In this document: positions 25,050 through 35,537 of the stretch, one piece after another | Position numbering within the stretch: the first letter of the stretch is position 1 | Layout: each line of letters starts with the position of its first letter | The notes under the pieces: generated by a model | Told to the model about the DNA's origin: nothing | The model's input: only the letters and a program-made list of their open reading frames with translations | The model's database searches: none | DNA from: an uncultured Acidimicrobiia bacterium | Lineage (GTDB): Bacteria > Acidobacteriota > Terriglobia > Versatilivoradales > Versatilivoraceae | DNA: 64,000 bases | NCBI GenBank assembly: GCA_963786955.1 | Contig: CAWBAT010000005.1 | Location: 832,001-896,000, forward strand | Direction: 5' to 3' | Program-made: the position numbers and the translations under genes

Positions 25050-25484
25050 ATGAACTCTGAAAGTTTCCGTGTGCTTCAAATCGATCATGTCGAGTTGTTT
25101 GTGCCAGACCGTCAGGCAGCGGCTGCGTGGTATGAGAGAGTTTTAGGTCTCGTTCCTGTCCCCAAAGCCACGCAGTGGGCAGAAGATCCTGAGGGTCCCC
25201 TCATGATCTCCCCGGACGACGGAAAGACGATGCTGGCGCTTTTCCAGGGGACGCCTCGAGGCGAGCGGCCCACGGCAGGGTTTCATCGGGTGGCGTTTCG
25301 GGTTAATGCCAAGGGTTTCCTGGCTTTCCTAGACCGGATCAAAGGGATGAAGATCGAATCGACTCGGTTGCGGGACCACGATCAAGCCATCTCGATTTAC
25401 TTCGATGATCCCTACGGACATCATCTGGAAGTGACCACGTATGAATCGGCTGAAGTTCGTCTTCTTCTACCCCGCCACGCGTAG
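25050..25484 (+). CDS. VOC/glyoxalase-family protein
   Basis: IDHVEL, WYERVLG, HRVAF, YFDDPYGHHLE. Confidence 0.85.
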   Translation: MNSESFRVLQIDHVELFVPDRQAAAAWYERVLGLVPVPKATQWAEDPEGPLMISPDDGKTMLALFQGTPRGERPTAGFHRVAFRVNAKGFLAFLDRIKGMKIESTRLRDHDQAISIYFDDPYGHHLEVTTYESAEVRLLLPRHA

Positions 25485-25972
25485 TTCCGAATCTCGAAGT
25501 TATACTGGTGTCAACTTGTGCCAAAGGCACATGGGACCGCTGCCCCTCTGCGCAACCTCAAAGAACGTGCGTTCATATATTTCAGGCCACTTGGAGGCAG
25601 GTGGGGACGCCTATACCACAAGATTGTGGCGCGGGCCTCTGGCCTGGACAAATGTCCAGGCTTGAATGAACGCGAATTCCGAAATTGGGCGACCGGGATT
25701 TCTATCTTTTTGGTGATTTGCCTCTGAAGTGCAAAACGCTCAGGAAGGGAAAAAGTATACCGATGACCTGCCGAATCAGGTGGAATACGCACTTCGCCGC
25801 GCGTTCATTAAGCGGGCGCGGGAGCGCCCCCTCCACCCAGCAACGCTCATGCAAATTCGGAATTCGAAATAAACGCGCGGCGTGGGATTGGATGCAAATA
25901 CTGCGCGGAAAAGTCTACGATGAATGCAGAAAACGTCTTCATCGTGGCTATCAAACCCCTGCAATTCCCTAA

Positions 25973-26590
25973 TCACAGAGAATCGGTTTCGCGAATTTCA
26001 CGAACGATGCCGTTTACGGATTCTCGATCATTTTGGAACAGGCTAATTCCTGCAATTCCGGCTGCACCCATCTTTAAACATTCAGAATAATTCTGCCGGT
26101 TAATGCCTCCGAGCGCAAAAACAGGAACCTTCGAGCATTCACAAGCCTCTCTGAGCTTTCCCATTCCCACGGCCGGGCCGTAGCAGGCTTTCGAAGGTGT
26201 GAAGAAAACTGGACCGAAAGTCAGATAGCTGACTCCTTCTTGATGAACTCTTCGCAATTCCTCGAGGGAATGAGTCGAGGCACCCACAAGAAAATTTCCC
26301 TCGGAAACCTTGGCGCGAACCGCGGAAGGTGCGATGGCCTGTTGCCCAAGGTGTATTCCGTTTAAGCCGGCCGCCAGAGCAATATCTAACCGGTCATTGA
26401 TCAAGATCTGGGTAGCATGCTTTCGCGCAAGTATCCGGGCGGAAACAGCCAGATCAAAAAGCTCGCGTGATGAAAGATCCTTTTCCCGGATCTGCACATA
26501 GTCTACCCCGGCTTCGATTGCGATTTGGATTTGTTCGAGAATGGGTTTTAAGGAGGTGCGCCGATCCGTGATGTAATAAGACTGCGGCAT
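25973..26590 (-). CDS. thiE: Thiamine-phosphate synthase (ThiE/TenI family)
   Basis: VQIREK, INDRLD, GIHLGQ, STHS, GPVFFTPSK, ALGGI. Confidence 0.85.
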   Translation of the reverse strand: MPQSYYITDRRTSLKPILEQIQIAIEAGVDYVQIREKDLSSRELFDLAVSARILARKHATQILINDRLDIALAAGLNGIHLGQQAIAPSAVRAKVSEGNFLVGASTHSLEELRRVHQEGVSYLTFGPVFFTPSKACYGPAVGMGKLREACECSKVPVFALGGINRQNYSECLKMGAAGIAGISLFQNDRESVNGIVREIRETDSL

Positions 26591-26591
26591 G

Positions 26592-26843
26592 TCATTCGTG
26601 ATTTACTTGTGAAACGGCCAGCTTGAAGTGCATGGCTTCGAACACACCTATCCCGATATCCACAATTCCCAGGCCAGAAACTGCTCCACGGAAGTAATTG
26701 CTCAGGACAAATTCGCGAAACAACGGGGCGTAACTCAGAAAGAGATTGTTCTCCCAGTACTGAGACCAGGGGAAAATGATGAGGAAGAGCCCAAGCTCAA
26801 AACAGAAAAAGATGAAGGCGATTACCAGAATCTTACTGACCAT
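26592..26843 (-). CDS. Small membrane protein
   Basis: Two hydrophobic helices, PWSQYWENN; overlaps the TPR gene end and abuts thiE. Confidence 0.7.
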   Translation of the reverse strand: MVSKILVIAFIFFCFELGLFLIIFPWSQYWENNLFLSYAPLFREFVLSNYFRGAVSGLGIVDIGIGVFEAMHFKLAVSQVNHE

Positions 26844-29538
26844 TAACCCTGTTCTTCAAGGTCTCGATCTTGTCGGAAACGTCACGGTAATTAATATCAG
26901 TCCCATAGACGTCCAAGAAAGTCTCTAAGGCAGCCTTGTCATTTCCGGCAAGTTCGTGGGCACAAGCAAGGTCGTAGCGCAGTGCCTGGTACGTTTCTTC
27001 GGAATGGCCTCGGCTCGACAGGCCTTTAGTAAACCATTTGACGGCAACCTGTGGCAACCCTTTTTCTACAAAGCAGAGTCCAAGCAGGTTGCAGCACTTC
27101 ACATAGTCTTCGCTGTCGGCATCAAGGTTTTTGTTTTGCATCGCTTTTTGGAACTCTGCGATCGCTTCTTCTAAGAGTCCCATTTCTCTAAAGGCGATGC
27201 CCAGGCTATAGTGAGTCTCGTAATCGCTGTCTCCCAGGTCTTCATCGATGTCCTGTTTGAATTCCTGAAATACGTCGTCCAATCCCATGGAAGCGGCTGT
27301 TTCATTCTGCACCTTGTGCAGCTGCGCTTCTCTTGGAGCTGCTTTCGGGGCTTCGACTGCTAACGAAGGTAATGGGAGCGGCTCGAGCGACGATTCGTCC
27401 ATTTCCTGGTCCAGGTCTATCATCATTTCATTGAAAGACTCGCTTTTAACCGTCGCCGGCGGGGAAGAATTGGACACCGGATCCTGGATCACCGGCTCTG
27501 TAATGGATGTCGTCTCCAGATCAGTGGGCACTTCCACCTCAGCAGACTGGGAATAACTCTCCACCGAAGAAATCTGGTTCGTTTCAAATTGCTCAACCTG
27601 GGCCGACTCGAAAATTTCCTGTGGAGCGACATCAACCGTTTCCACCTTCGGGACATCTGCGGATAGACCAGCCTGCGCATTTAGCATTGTTTCAAAACGT
27701 TCCAGCCGCTTTTGGATGTCCGGTCCTGATTCACTGAGACTGAGGTACTGATCAATTGAGTTCTTGGCTTCGGTCAAGAATCCGAGGTCGAGGTAGAAAT
27801 CAACCTCCTGCAACAACTCCTGAATTTTTCGGCTATCCACAAGTTCAGGCGTGGGAACAGGAGACTCCTCCTTCTCCGTTGGCGAAAGTTCCGGATCCCG
27901 TTCTTGCTGAGCCGCCGGCTGATCCTGGTAGATTGGTTTTTGATGCAAGTCCGGATCGTACTGATAGGCCAGCGTAAAGTTTCGGCTGGCATTATCGTTG
28001 TCACTCCGCGAGGTGTAGATGTTGGCCAAGATCAGACACTCTTGAGCTGCCTCCGACATCTGCCCGCTTTTGGCAAACATGTCGCGGATCTTCTCGTGCG
28101 CTTCAATATGGCTGGGGATGAGTTCTGCTATTCGACGATACTGTTCAATGGCTTTATGATAGAGCCCGTATCCGGCAAAGAGGTCTCCTTCCACCATGAA
28201 GCCCTTAATTTGTTCCTGGTTCCCCACAAAGGCCGACGCCTCACTGGAATCTGTTTGCCCGCTCCTAGAGTTGGAAATGGTCTTCAAGGTGGGTTCCGAA
28301 ATGAACCTTTCCGCAAGGGCTTTCATGTCTGGAACCAGCTTGGGCAACTTGACGTCGTCGTTCAAGGTTCCGAGACGTTCCTTGATTTGACGCAAATTCT
28401 CCCGATGAACAGGTTCGTTGGGCTCCAGCGCAATCAGTTCGAAATAAAGACTGGCAGCTTCTTCAAATTGTTTATTCCGGATATAGAGTTCGCCTGCTTT
28501 CTCGAGGAGGGATGGAATAAACTGAAGCTGATTGGTCTTGGTATAATACTTGATCAATTCCAAAATCGAAGGAATATGATCTTCCTTCCGGCGAAGGATC
28601 TCTTTTAACTGAGCTTCCAACTGCGCGCTCTCCCCTTTGTTAACAGGCAGCTCCGATACCCGACTCATGATGGAACAAGCTTGATCCAATTCGTTTTTCT
28701 GAATGAGGTGAGAGCTCAGCTGGGGGATGAGCTGCAGATAGCTGGGGTCGAGCTCAATGAGATGCAGAGCAATTTTTTCCGCTTCCTCCAGTCTTTCGCA
28801 TTTCAGGTGGACCAGGAAGCTCGCCTCCAGCACCTCTGGATTAAAATCATGGAAAGGGATCCGGTTCAAAGTCTCCAGTGCATCATCATTGCGACCAAGT
28901 TCTCCGAGCACATTGGAGTATTGAATGACTGCCTGGATATGCGTTCCATCCAGATCTAGAGCTTTCTTGAGATAGGCCTCGGCTTCCTCGAAGGCTCCAC
29001 GGTTCTTGGCCTTCCGCCCTGAAGAAAGGAAGGCGGCAAAGGCTGCGCCGCTATTCCCCAGTTTCTGGTAGACATCGGCAATTCGGCCCTCGACTGAAGG
29101 GTTTTCCGGATCGACTTCAATGACGCGTTGCAGGACATTCGCCGCATTTTCCCAATCGCTCTTCTTAATGAAATGATCGGCCACCTGCAGGAAATTGGTC
29201 CGCGCTTCACTATTTAGGCCCTGGCGAAGGTATAAGTCTGCCAAACGCAAGCATGACTGAATCTGTGCCGAGTCAATCTTGCTGACCTTCTTATACATCG
29301 CAATGGCGCGAACCACAAAACCGCCATTGTCGTAACTCTCGGCAAGCCTCGTAAAACATCTAACCGCTTCGGGAATATTCCCAATCCGGACATATAAATC
29401 CCCCAGAGTGTTGACCAGGGGAAGGTCTGTGGGATCTTCCTTGATCAGCTTCTGGTATTCAGATATGGCATGGCTGATTTTGCCCTGAATGACGTACTTT
29501 TCAGCGACTTTCAATACTTTGGCCTTATTTAAAGCCAT
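26833..29538 (-). CDS. Large TPR protein with acidic linker (SgmX/FimV-C-like architecture)
   Basis: N-terminal TPR array; acidic linker; C-terminal DYETHYSLGIAFREMGLLEEAIAEF TPRs. Confidence 0.85.
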   Translation of the reverse strand: MALNKAKVLKVAEKYVIQGKISHAISEYQKLIKEDPTDLPLVNTLGDLYVRIGNIPEAVRCFTRLAESYDNGGFVVRAIAMYKKVSKIDSAQIQSCLRLADLYLRQGLNSEARTNFLQVADHFIKKSDWENAANVLQRVIEVDPENPSVEGRIADVYQKLGNSGAAFAAFLSSGRKAKNRGAFEEAEAYLKKALDLDGTHIQAVIQYSNVLGELGRNDDALETLNRIPFHDFNPEVLEASFLVHLKCERLEEAEKIALHLIELDPSYLQLIPQLSSHLIQKNELDQACSIMSRVSELPVNKGESAQLEAQLKEILRRKEDHIPSILELIKYYTKTNQLQFIPSLLEKAGELYIRNKQFEEAASLYFELIALEPNEPVHRENLRQIKERLGTLNDDVKLPKLVPDMKALAERFISEPTLKTISNSRSGQTDSSEASAFVGNQEQIKGFMVEGDLFAGYGLYHKAIEQYRRIAELIPSHIEAHEKIRDMFAKSGQMSEAAQECLILANIYTSRSDNDNASRNFTLAYQYDPDLHQKPIYQDQPAAQQERDPELSPTEKEESPVPTPELVDSRKIQELLQEVDFYLDLGFLTEAKNSIDQYLSLSESGPDIQKRLERFETMLNAQAGLSADVPKVETVDVAPQEIFESAQVEQFETNQISSVESYSQSAEVEVPTDLETTSITEPVIQDPVSNSSPPATVKSESFNEMMIDLDQEMDESSLEPLPLPSLAVEAPKAAPREAQLHKVQNETAASMGLDDVFQEFKQDIDEDLGDSDYETHYSLGIAFREMGLLEEAIAEFQKAMQNKNLDADSEDYVKCCNLLGLCFVEKGLPQVAVKWFTKGLSSRGHSEETYQALRYDLACAHELAGNDKAALETFLDVYGTDINYRDVSDKIETLKNRVNGQ

Positions 29539-29605
29539 TGCCCATCCTTGTCTCGAAACTCGTTCACTTAAATGAAGGAAAATCTAACATCGGGCCCTGT
29601 TGGAG

Positions 29606-30223
29606 TCAAATAGGGACTCCCCGAAAACTCCGTCTGTGCCGGTCCGTTGGGCCCAGTTTGGACAATGCTTCCAGATGAACCGCCGTACCATATCCCTTGT
29701 TTTTATTTAAGCCATAGCCGGGATATACGACAGCCAGTGCCGAAACCAATTGATCCCTTGCAACCTTGGCCACGATCGAAGCAGCCCCTATGGACGCCGA
29801 TAGGGCATCCCCTCTGATAATGGATTTCTCCGGAATCCCCAAACCGGCCTTCAATGTCCCGTCAATCAATAAGAAATCTGGTTTTTGCATCAGTCCTAAA
29901 ACCGCTGCTTGCAATGCCTTGATCGTGGCCTGGAGAATATTAATCTGATCAATCTCGTCGGCTTCAACAAACGCAATCGAACAGCTCACGGCAGTTTCTC
30001 TTATATTTTCGGCCAAAACCTGGCGTTGCTTAGGGTTAAGTTTCTTAGAATCTTTAATGCCTGGAGGAACCTTTTGGAGGTCCAGGATGACAGCAGCAAC
30101 GCAGACAGGTCCAAACAAGGCCCCTCTCCCTACTTCATCTATTCCTGCGATTCGAGAAAACCCTTGCTCGATGGCCTGAAATTCAAAAAAAAGGCTGCCC
30201 CCTTTGGTCTCGTTTGTTTCCAT
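29606..30223 (-). CDS. rnhB: Ribonuclease HII
   Basis: GIDEVGRG, DSKKL, LLIDG, AASIVAKVARD, NKGYGT. Confidence 0.95.
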   Translation of the reverse strand: METNETKGGSLFFEFQAIEQGFSRIAGIDEVGRGALFGPVCVAAVILDLQKVPPGIKDSKKLNPKQRQVLAENIRETAVSCSIAFVEADEIDQINILQATIKALQAAVLGLMQKPDFLLIDGTLKAGLGIPEKSIIRGDALSASIGAASIVAKVARDQLVSALAVVYPGYGLNKNKGYGTAVHLEALSKLGPTDRHRRSFRGVPI

Positions 30224-30377
30224 TGGAGGGGGAGTAACGCACATCGAAGACGGAAGCCGTAACCGCTTAGATTAAGAGATTGCCGATATGGAGCGAGAGC
30301 AAGGAATAGCGTCGTGCGCTCGCTTTAATGAATTCAACAGGACAATGAGGGGTCGAGGGAGTGAGGAGATGTTTCTT

Positions 30378-30725
30378 CTAGATAGTCTTCATTTCCTTGA
30401 TCTTTGCAGCTTTTCCTCTAAGCGCCCGCAAATAATAGAGCTTGGCTCTGCGAACCTTTCCTTTCTTGGCAACTTCAATCTTATCAATGACCGGAGAATG
30501 TAAAGGGAAAATCCTTTCAACGCCCTGGCCAAAGGAGGTCTTCCGTACCGTAAAAGTGGAACGTAGATCGCCATTCTTCCTTGCGATCACAACTCCTTCG
30601 AAAACCTGAATTCTTTCTTTATCGCCTTCCTTAATCTTGACATGCACTCGAACGGTGTCTCCGACCCGGAACTCGGGGAGGTCGGTCCGCATTTCTTCTT
30701 TTTCGACAATATTTAATGCATTCAT
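30378..30725 (-). CDS. rplS: 50S ribosomal protein L19
   Basis: [33 protein letters not shown]. Confidence 0.98.
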   Translation of the reverse strand: MNALNIVEKEEMRTDLPEFRVGDTVRVHVKIKEGDKERIQVFEGVVIARKNGDLRSTFTVRKTSFGQGVERIFPLHSPVIDKIEVAKKGKVRRAKLYYLRALRGKAAKIKEMKTI

Positions 30726-30746
30726 TGCAGTTAGCCTGTCTTTAAC

Positions 30747-31524
30747 TTAGAGTTTCGAGCTGGAAATCAGAAGTCGCCTATCCTCTTCTGATAAGAGGTC
30801 GTATTCTAATAGGTCAGGGCGATTTTTCAAAGTTTTTTCTAGAGCTTTTTTTCTTCGCCATTGCTTGATCTTCGTATGGTCCCCAGAAAGCAGGACTTCT
30901 GGGACTTTGTTCCCTTCAAAATCCTCTGGGCGGGTGTAATGAGGGCAATCCAGCAAGGGGTATTCAGGGTTTGGGAGAATCTCCTCCCGAAAATGCGGAA
31001 AAGGATTCATTCATTGCACTGGACTGGTTGTTCAGTGCTCCAGGCAGAAGCCGGGTGACCGCATCAATGAAGACACAGGCCGGCAGTTCTCCTCCGCTCA
31101 ATACATAATCCCCAATTGAGATTTCATCATCCACGAGAGCCTCAACTACTCGTTCATCCACTCCCTCGTATCGACCACAGATCAGGACCAGCTCTTCGAA
31201 ACCTGAGTATCGGGAAACCAATTCTTGATCGAGAGGCTTTCCTTGGGGCGTCAGAAGAATGACATGCCCTGGCCGATCTGGATTCTGCGACTGCACAGCA
31301 CGAATGGCACGAAACAGCGGCTCGGGCTTGAGCACCATACCTTCTCCCCCTCCAAAAGGGCGGTCGTCAACGGTACGATGTTTGTCAAAAGTGAATTCTC
31401 GAAGATCATGGATCTGGATCTCGACGATCTTTCTCTTGATGGCCTGGAAGACAATTCCAAAGGAGAGGGGACTTGAGAAGAAATCAGGAAAGATTGTAAT
31501 AATTTCAAATTTCAGAGGCAACAT
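30747..31524 (-). CDS. trmD: tRNA (guanine-N1)-methyltransferase, one frameshift
   Basis: [45 protein letters not shown]. Confidence 0.95.
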
Positions 31525-31559
31525 CGCGCCGGGAGGAAACACAGATAGCGGAACAGGGA

Positions 31560-32087
31560 TTATAATTCTTCCAGTCCTTCAGGCAGGTCACACCGAATCA
31601 ATCTCTCTTGTAGATCAATTCCCAGAAAAAAAGCTTCAACGAAAGGGACGAGGAATTCTCTGGAGGCTCCCTGGATCTTCAGCAGATAGTTCGACCCATA
31701 TTGGACCACTTCGATGACCTTTCCATATTCCTCACCGGACTTACCGATCAGGGAGCAACCCACTAGATCGTCTTGGAAATAAGTACCCGCCGGGAGAGGA
31801 ATTTTTTCCGACTCAAGAACAGTGACCTCGTATCCGGCCAGTTTCTTGGCCTGATCAATCGAATCGATTCCTTGAAACTTCAGAATGACTCTGTTCTTGT
31901 GGAGCCAAAAAGAATCGAGAACAAGTTCCCGTGACGCTTCTCCATCCTTTTCCAGCACCACCTCACGGAGATGAGAGAAACGTTCAGGAAAATCCGTCAG
32001 CAGATCCGCCGCAACTTCCCCTCGGTTGCCTTGAGTCCTGGCCACGCGTGCCACTGAGATTCGGGGGCCGTCTGTCAAAACCTTCAC
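31560..32087 (-). CDS. rimM: 16S rRNA processing protein
   Basis: [26 protein letters not shown]; position between khpA and trmD. Confidence 0.93.
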   Translation of the reverse strand: MKVLTDGPRISVARVARTQGNRGEVAADLLTDFPERFSHLREVVLEKDGEASRELVLDSFWLHKNRVILKFQGIDSIDQAKKLAGYEVTVLESEKIPLPAGTYFQDDLVGCSLIGKSGEEYGKVIEVVQYGSNYLLKIQGASREFLVPFVEAFFLGIDLQERLIRCDLPEGLEEL

Positions 32088-32317
32088 TACTCCAAAATCT
32101 CGAGTGTAAATCTCTTCTTGAGCTTCATCCCGGCTGCACCTAGGATCGTGCGAATCGAACGAGCCGTCCTGCCCTGTTTGCCAATGACCTTCCCAAGATC
32201 GCTAGGCGCAACTCTTAACTCGAGCACTGTAGTCTGCTCACCCTCAATTGGATTCACCGAAACTTGATCGGGATTATCCACCAAAGCCTTTGCGATTTGC
32301 TCAATCAGCTCTTTCAT
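32087..32317 (-). CDS. khpA: KH-domain RNA-binding protein
   Basis: [17 protein letters not shown]; downstream of rpsP. Confidence 0.93.
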   Translation of the reverse strand: MKELIEQIAKALVDNPDQVSVNPIEGEQTTVLELRVAPSDLGKVIGKQGRTARSIRTILGAAGMKLKKRFTLEILE

Positions 32318-32393
32318 GGCAGCCTCCTAGTGTGGACGAGTGTATCAAATGGATGCCTCGAATCAGTATTTTCAGGATCGACAGCAGACTCGG

Positions 32394-32627
32394 CTACCCA
32401 ACTTTTTTGATGAAACTCTTGACCGTATTACTTGGCTGTGCCCCTTTCGATATCCAATAAGTATATTTCTCTTTGTCGAGATTAATGGCCGCCGGGTTCT
32501 TTCTAGGATCATACTGTCCCAGCACATCAATGTAACGTCCATTTCTTGCTCGAGATTTCTCAATGACTACAATCCGGTACTTGGGTTTCTTCTTTGAACC
32601 CATTAAGGTTAATCTGATCGTTAGCAA
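32394..32627 (-). CDS. rpsP: 30S ribosomal protein S16
   Basis: IRL..G.KKKPKYRIVV, RNGRYID, GAQPS; TTG start after GAAGGAG. Confidence 0.95.
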   Translation of the reverse strand: MLTIRLTLMGSKKKPKYRIVVIEKSRARNGRYIDVLGQYDPRKNPAAINLDKEKYTYWISKGAQPSNTVKSFIKKVG

Positions 32628-33140
32628 AAAAATTTCTCCTTCATTCTTATAAATTAAAAGCACAACCGGCAGGTCGGGGGAAATATCCTGAACAATCATT
32701 AACCTGCATCAGTCAGTTGTAGAATCATCCACGCCGGACAACTTATATCCGCTAAATATAGCAGATCCGGGAAAATCCTCTAAGGAGAAAACTTACCCTA
32801 TCATGGCGGGGGGAGTTGGGGGTGGGTTACCCCTGGGTGGAGAAGGCTCTACGGAAGTCTTTAACGGGGAGTGGGTTACTGAAGGGGAGAATGTGAAAAA
32901 ATTGGAAAATGTCGCGTCCGGTTCAGGCTTCGAGAGCGCCTGAAGCCTACCGCGATTCCAAAGGGCTTGTCGCCATGTCGTCGGGCGGGTCCTCGATCCG
33001 GTGGAATTCTCTCCATCCCTCAGAACTCAAGCGGGGAAGGATGATGAGAGAGAAACCAGGAAATTTCAGGCGGAGCAACACATCCTGACGGACTCATCAC
33101 CCCCAGGGTCATGATTCTGCCGATCGCAGCGGCCCAGGAA

Positions 33141-34469
33141 TCAAAGCTCAAGGAGTTTGATAATCTCGTCCTTGTTTGGTTTGATCCTTAGAGGCGCATT
33201 GGCGAAAGTCGACTGAATCTTGTCTTTCCGTTCAATCAATTCGTGACGGTAGCTCGCCAGTTCATACAAATTGTTCTGGTGATAATTGATGGTGTAGTCT
33301 GGATCTTTGAGCAAGTTACCCGTCAAGACCGCGACGACATCTTCGTCCTTATCGATTTCCCCGGTTTGAATGAGCCGCTTAATTCCGGCAACCGTTGTGG
33401 CAGACGCTGGCTCGCAACCGATTCCGTCCCGGCCGATCATGGCTTTCGCATCGGCTATTTCCTGTTCACTCACGACGTCGCACCAACCTCGGGTCCACTC
33501 CATGGCTCTGACCGCCTTTTTCCAGGAAACCGGATTGCCAATTTTGATCGCCGTGGCCAGAGTATGGGCCTCAACCCGAATCAGCCGAGGGGAGTGATCA
33601 ATGAGGGTCCGGTACAAAGGATTGGCCCTTTGCGCCTGAATAATCGTTACCATCGGCATCTTCCGGATGAAGCCGAGATCGTAAAGTTCTTTGATGGCTT
33701 TCCCGAAGGAGGCGCTATTCCCAAGATTACCTCCCGGGACAACAACCCTGTCTGGAACAACCCAATCACGTTGGGCCAGCATTTCAACGACAATGGTCTT
33801 TTGCCCTTCGAGGCGATAAGGATTAATAGAGTTGAGAAGATAGATTGGCGTCTCTTCCGTGAGTTCCTTGACCAGACGCATGGCCTCGTCGAAATCGCCT
33901 TCAATTTGGAGCGTTAGAGCGCCGTAATCCAGACTTTGAGAGAGCTTGCCGAACGCGATCTGTTGGTCAGGAATGAAGATGACTGCCTTCATGTTGGCCC
34001 GGGCTGCATAGGCCGCCATGGAAGCCGAAGTGTTCCCGGTGCTGGCACAGGCAACCACTTTGGAATTCGTCTGCCGCGCCTGAGTAATCCCAGACGTCAT
34101 TCCATTGTCTTTAAAGGAACCGGTGGGGTTGAGCCCCTGATGCTTCAGAAAGAGTCTTTTTAGCCCGGTATACTCCGCGCAACGTGGCGCTGTATAAATC
34201 GGCGTGTTCCCTTCCTGCATCGTCACGACTTGTGACAGGTCATTACAGAAGGGGATCAACTCCCGGTAACGCCAGACACCGCTTAAGTCGAGGGGATCGT
34301 TAGACAACCGGCGTTGGTAGAATGTGCGTTTTAAGGCTTCGGGATCGGGGATTTGAAAATCGTATTTGACATCCAGCAGTCCGCCGCATTTCGGGCAAAC
34401 ATAGGCTTTCGATCCCGCTGGAAGAATATTCTGACACGGATCTTCGATGCACTGCAAATAGGCGCTCAT
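33141..34469 (-). CDS. thrC: Threonine synthase
   Basis: EGNTP, NPTGSFKDNG, CASTGNTSAS, PGGNLGN, EPASA, LTGNLLKD. Confidence 0.95.
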   Translation of the reverse strand: MSAYLQCIEDPCQNILPAGSKAYVCPKCGGLLDVKYDFQIPDPEALKRTFYQRRLSNDPLDLSGVWRYRELIPFCNDLSQVVTMQEGNTPIYTAPRCAEYTGLKRLFLKHQGLNPTGSFKDNGMTSGITQARQTNSKVVACASTGNTSASMAAYAARANMKAVIFIPDQQIAFGKLSQSLDYGALTLQIEGDFDEAMRLVKELTEETPIYLLNSINPYRLEGQKTIVVEMLAQRDWVVPDRVVVPGGNLGNSASFGKAIKELYDLGFIRKMPMVTIIQAQRANPLYRTLIDHSPRLIRVEAHTLATAIKIGNPVSWKKAVRAMEWTRGWCDVVSEQEIADAKAMIGRDGIGCEPASATTVAGIKRLIQTGEIDKDEDVVAVLTGNLLKDPDYTINYHQNNLYELASYRHELIERKDKIQSTFANAPLRIKPNKDEIIKLLEL

Positions 34470-34646
34470 GCCGGTAATCTACTGGAATTCCCTGGAAATC
34501 TCAATCATTCCGCGTGGGCCTCTTGCTGACTACGAAGGGAAGATGTATTCAGTAATTTATCCAGGAGACACGTAGACGTCAGGGGCAGGCAGAAAATTGA
34601 GCGAAACAATCGACAGCTTGGCGAGACCTAATAGATTGACCGATGA

Positions 34647-35300
34647 TCAAGACGTCAGGGATCGATCCATGAGCATGGGCCCCCCATGTTCAGCGATTGA
34701 CGCAAACATGGCGCGGCCGTTGAAACGATGCGTCTGGTAAGACCGCTCGACGCGCTTCACGAATCCGAGCTTGCGGAAGATGTGTTGAGATACCTTGTTC
34801 GTCGCCTCGGTGACTGCCATCCGGTAACCTCTTTTTGCGCCGTGATCGAGACAGGTCATGATGAGTTGCTGGGCCACTCCCTTTCCGGCAACTTTTTCGG
34901 ATACTCCCAAAAGGAAAAGGTGGAGTGACTCACCCGGACATATAACCCTGTCGCCTCGGTACTCGGTTTCCAACTGGCCCAGGATGTCGAAGACTGGATC
35001 GAACTTGGCGCCCAGTCGATCCACCCCGTCAGGCATTTCCGCTGCGCTATCCTCCGTCAGCAGCGCGCCAACAAGTTCCCCCGTACCAGAATGCCGGGCC
35101 ACGATGGTCAGGCCCTCGGCCTCCGCTTTTGGACAGAATAGTCGGGCGAAGGCCTCGAACTCGAAATCGGTTAGCCCGACTGCGACGGCGGGCGGATCGC
35201 GACGACTGAACACCTCGGCCAGGAGTTTCGCCATTGCGTCCGCGTCGGAAGCGGCATAGAGGCGGTACTCTATCGGCATGATTTCAGGTAAATCTGTCAT
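34647..35300 (-). CDS. GNAT acetyltransferase
   Basis: LHLFLLGVSEKVAGKGVA, EATNKVSQHIFRKLGF. Confidence 0.8.
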   Translation of the reverse strand: MTDLPEIMPIEYRLYAASDADAMAKLLAEVFSRRDPPAVAVGLTDFEFEAFARLFCPKAEAEGLTIVARHSGTGELVGALLTEDSAAEMPDGVDRLGAKFDPVFDILGQLETEYRGDRVICPGESLHLFLLGVSEKVAGKGVAQQLIMTCLDHGAKRGYRMAVTEATNKVSQHIFRKLGFVKRVERSYQTHRFNGRAMFASIAEHGGPMLMDRSLTS

Positions 35301-35537
35301 TGACAGTCTTCCCTCAATTGCTTTCCATATGGGAACTCACTTTAGGCTCAATCTCAACGCCCATCGGTGCGGCTTTTCGAGTCCACAGAATCTCATGGTG
35401 GCTGTTCAACCTGAGTCTAGTTGGAGTTTCTCTCCCTCAAAAGTGAAAATATCCTTTGCTGCTCTGTGACAGCAGAATTGTTCCGGAAGTCAAAAGCCCA
35501 CGCCTTGGACTCAAAATACGGGGAAATTGCATCGCTA

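Noticed and set aside
35300-35417. attC site between accessory genes (also 36995-37111 and 39480-39560)
   Set aside because: AAC/GTT ends are present but the RYYYAAC/GTTRRRY boxes and L-box pairing are not convincing; no integron integrase is in the window.
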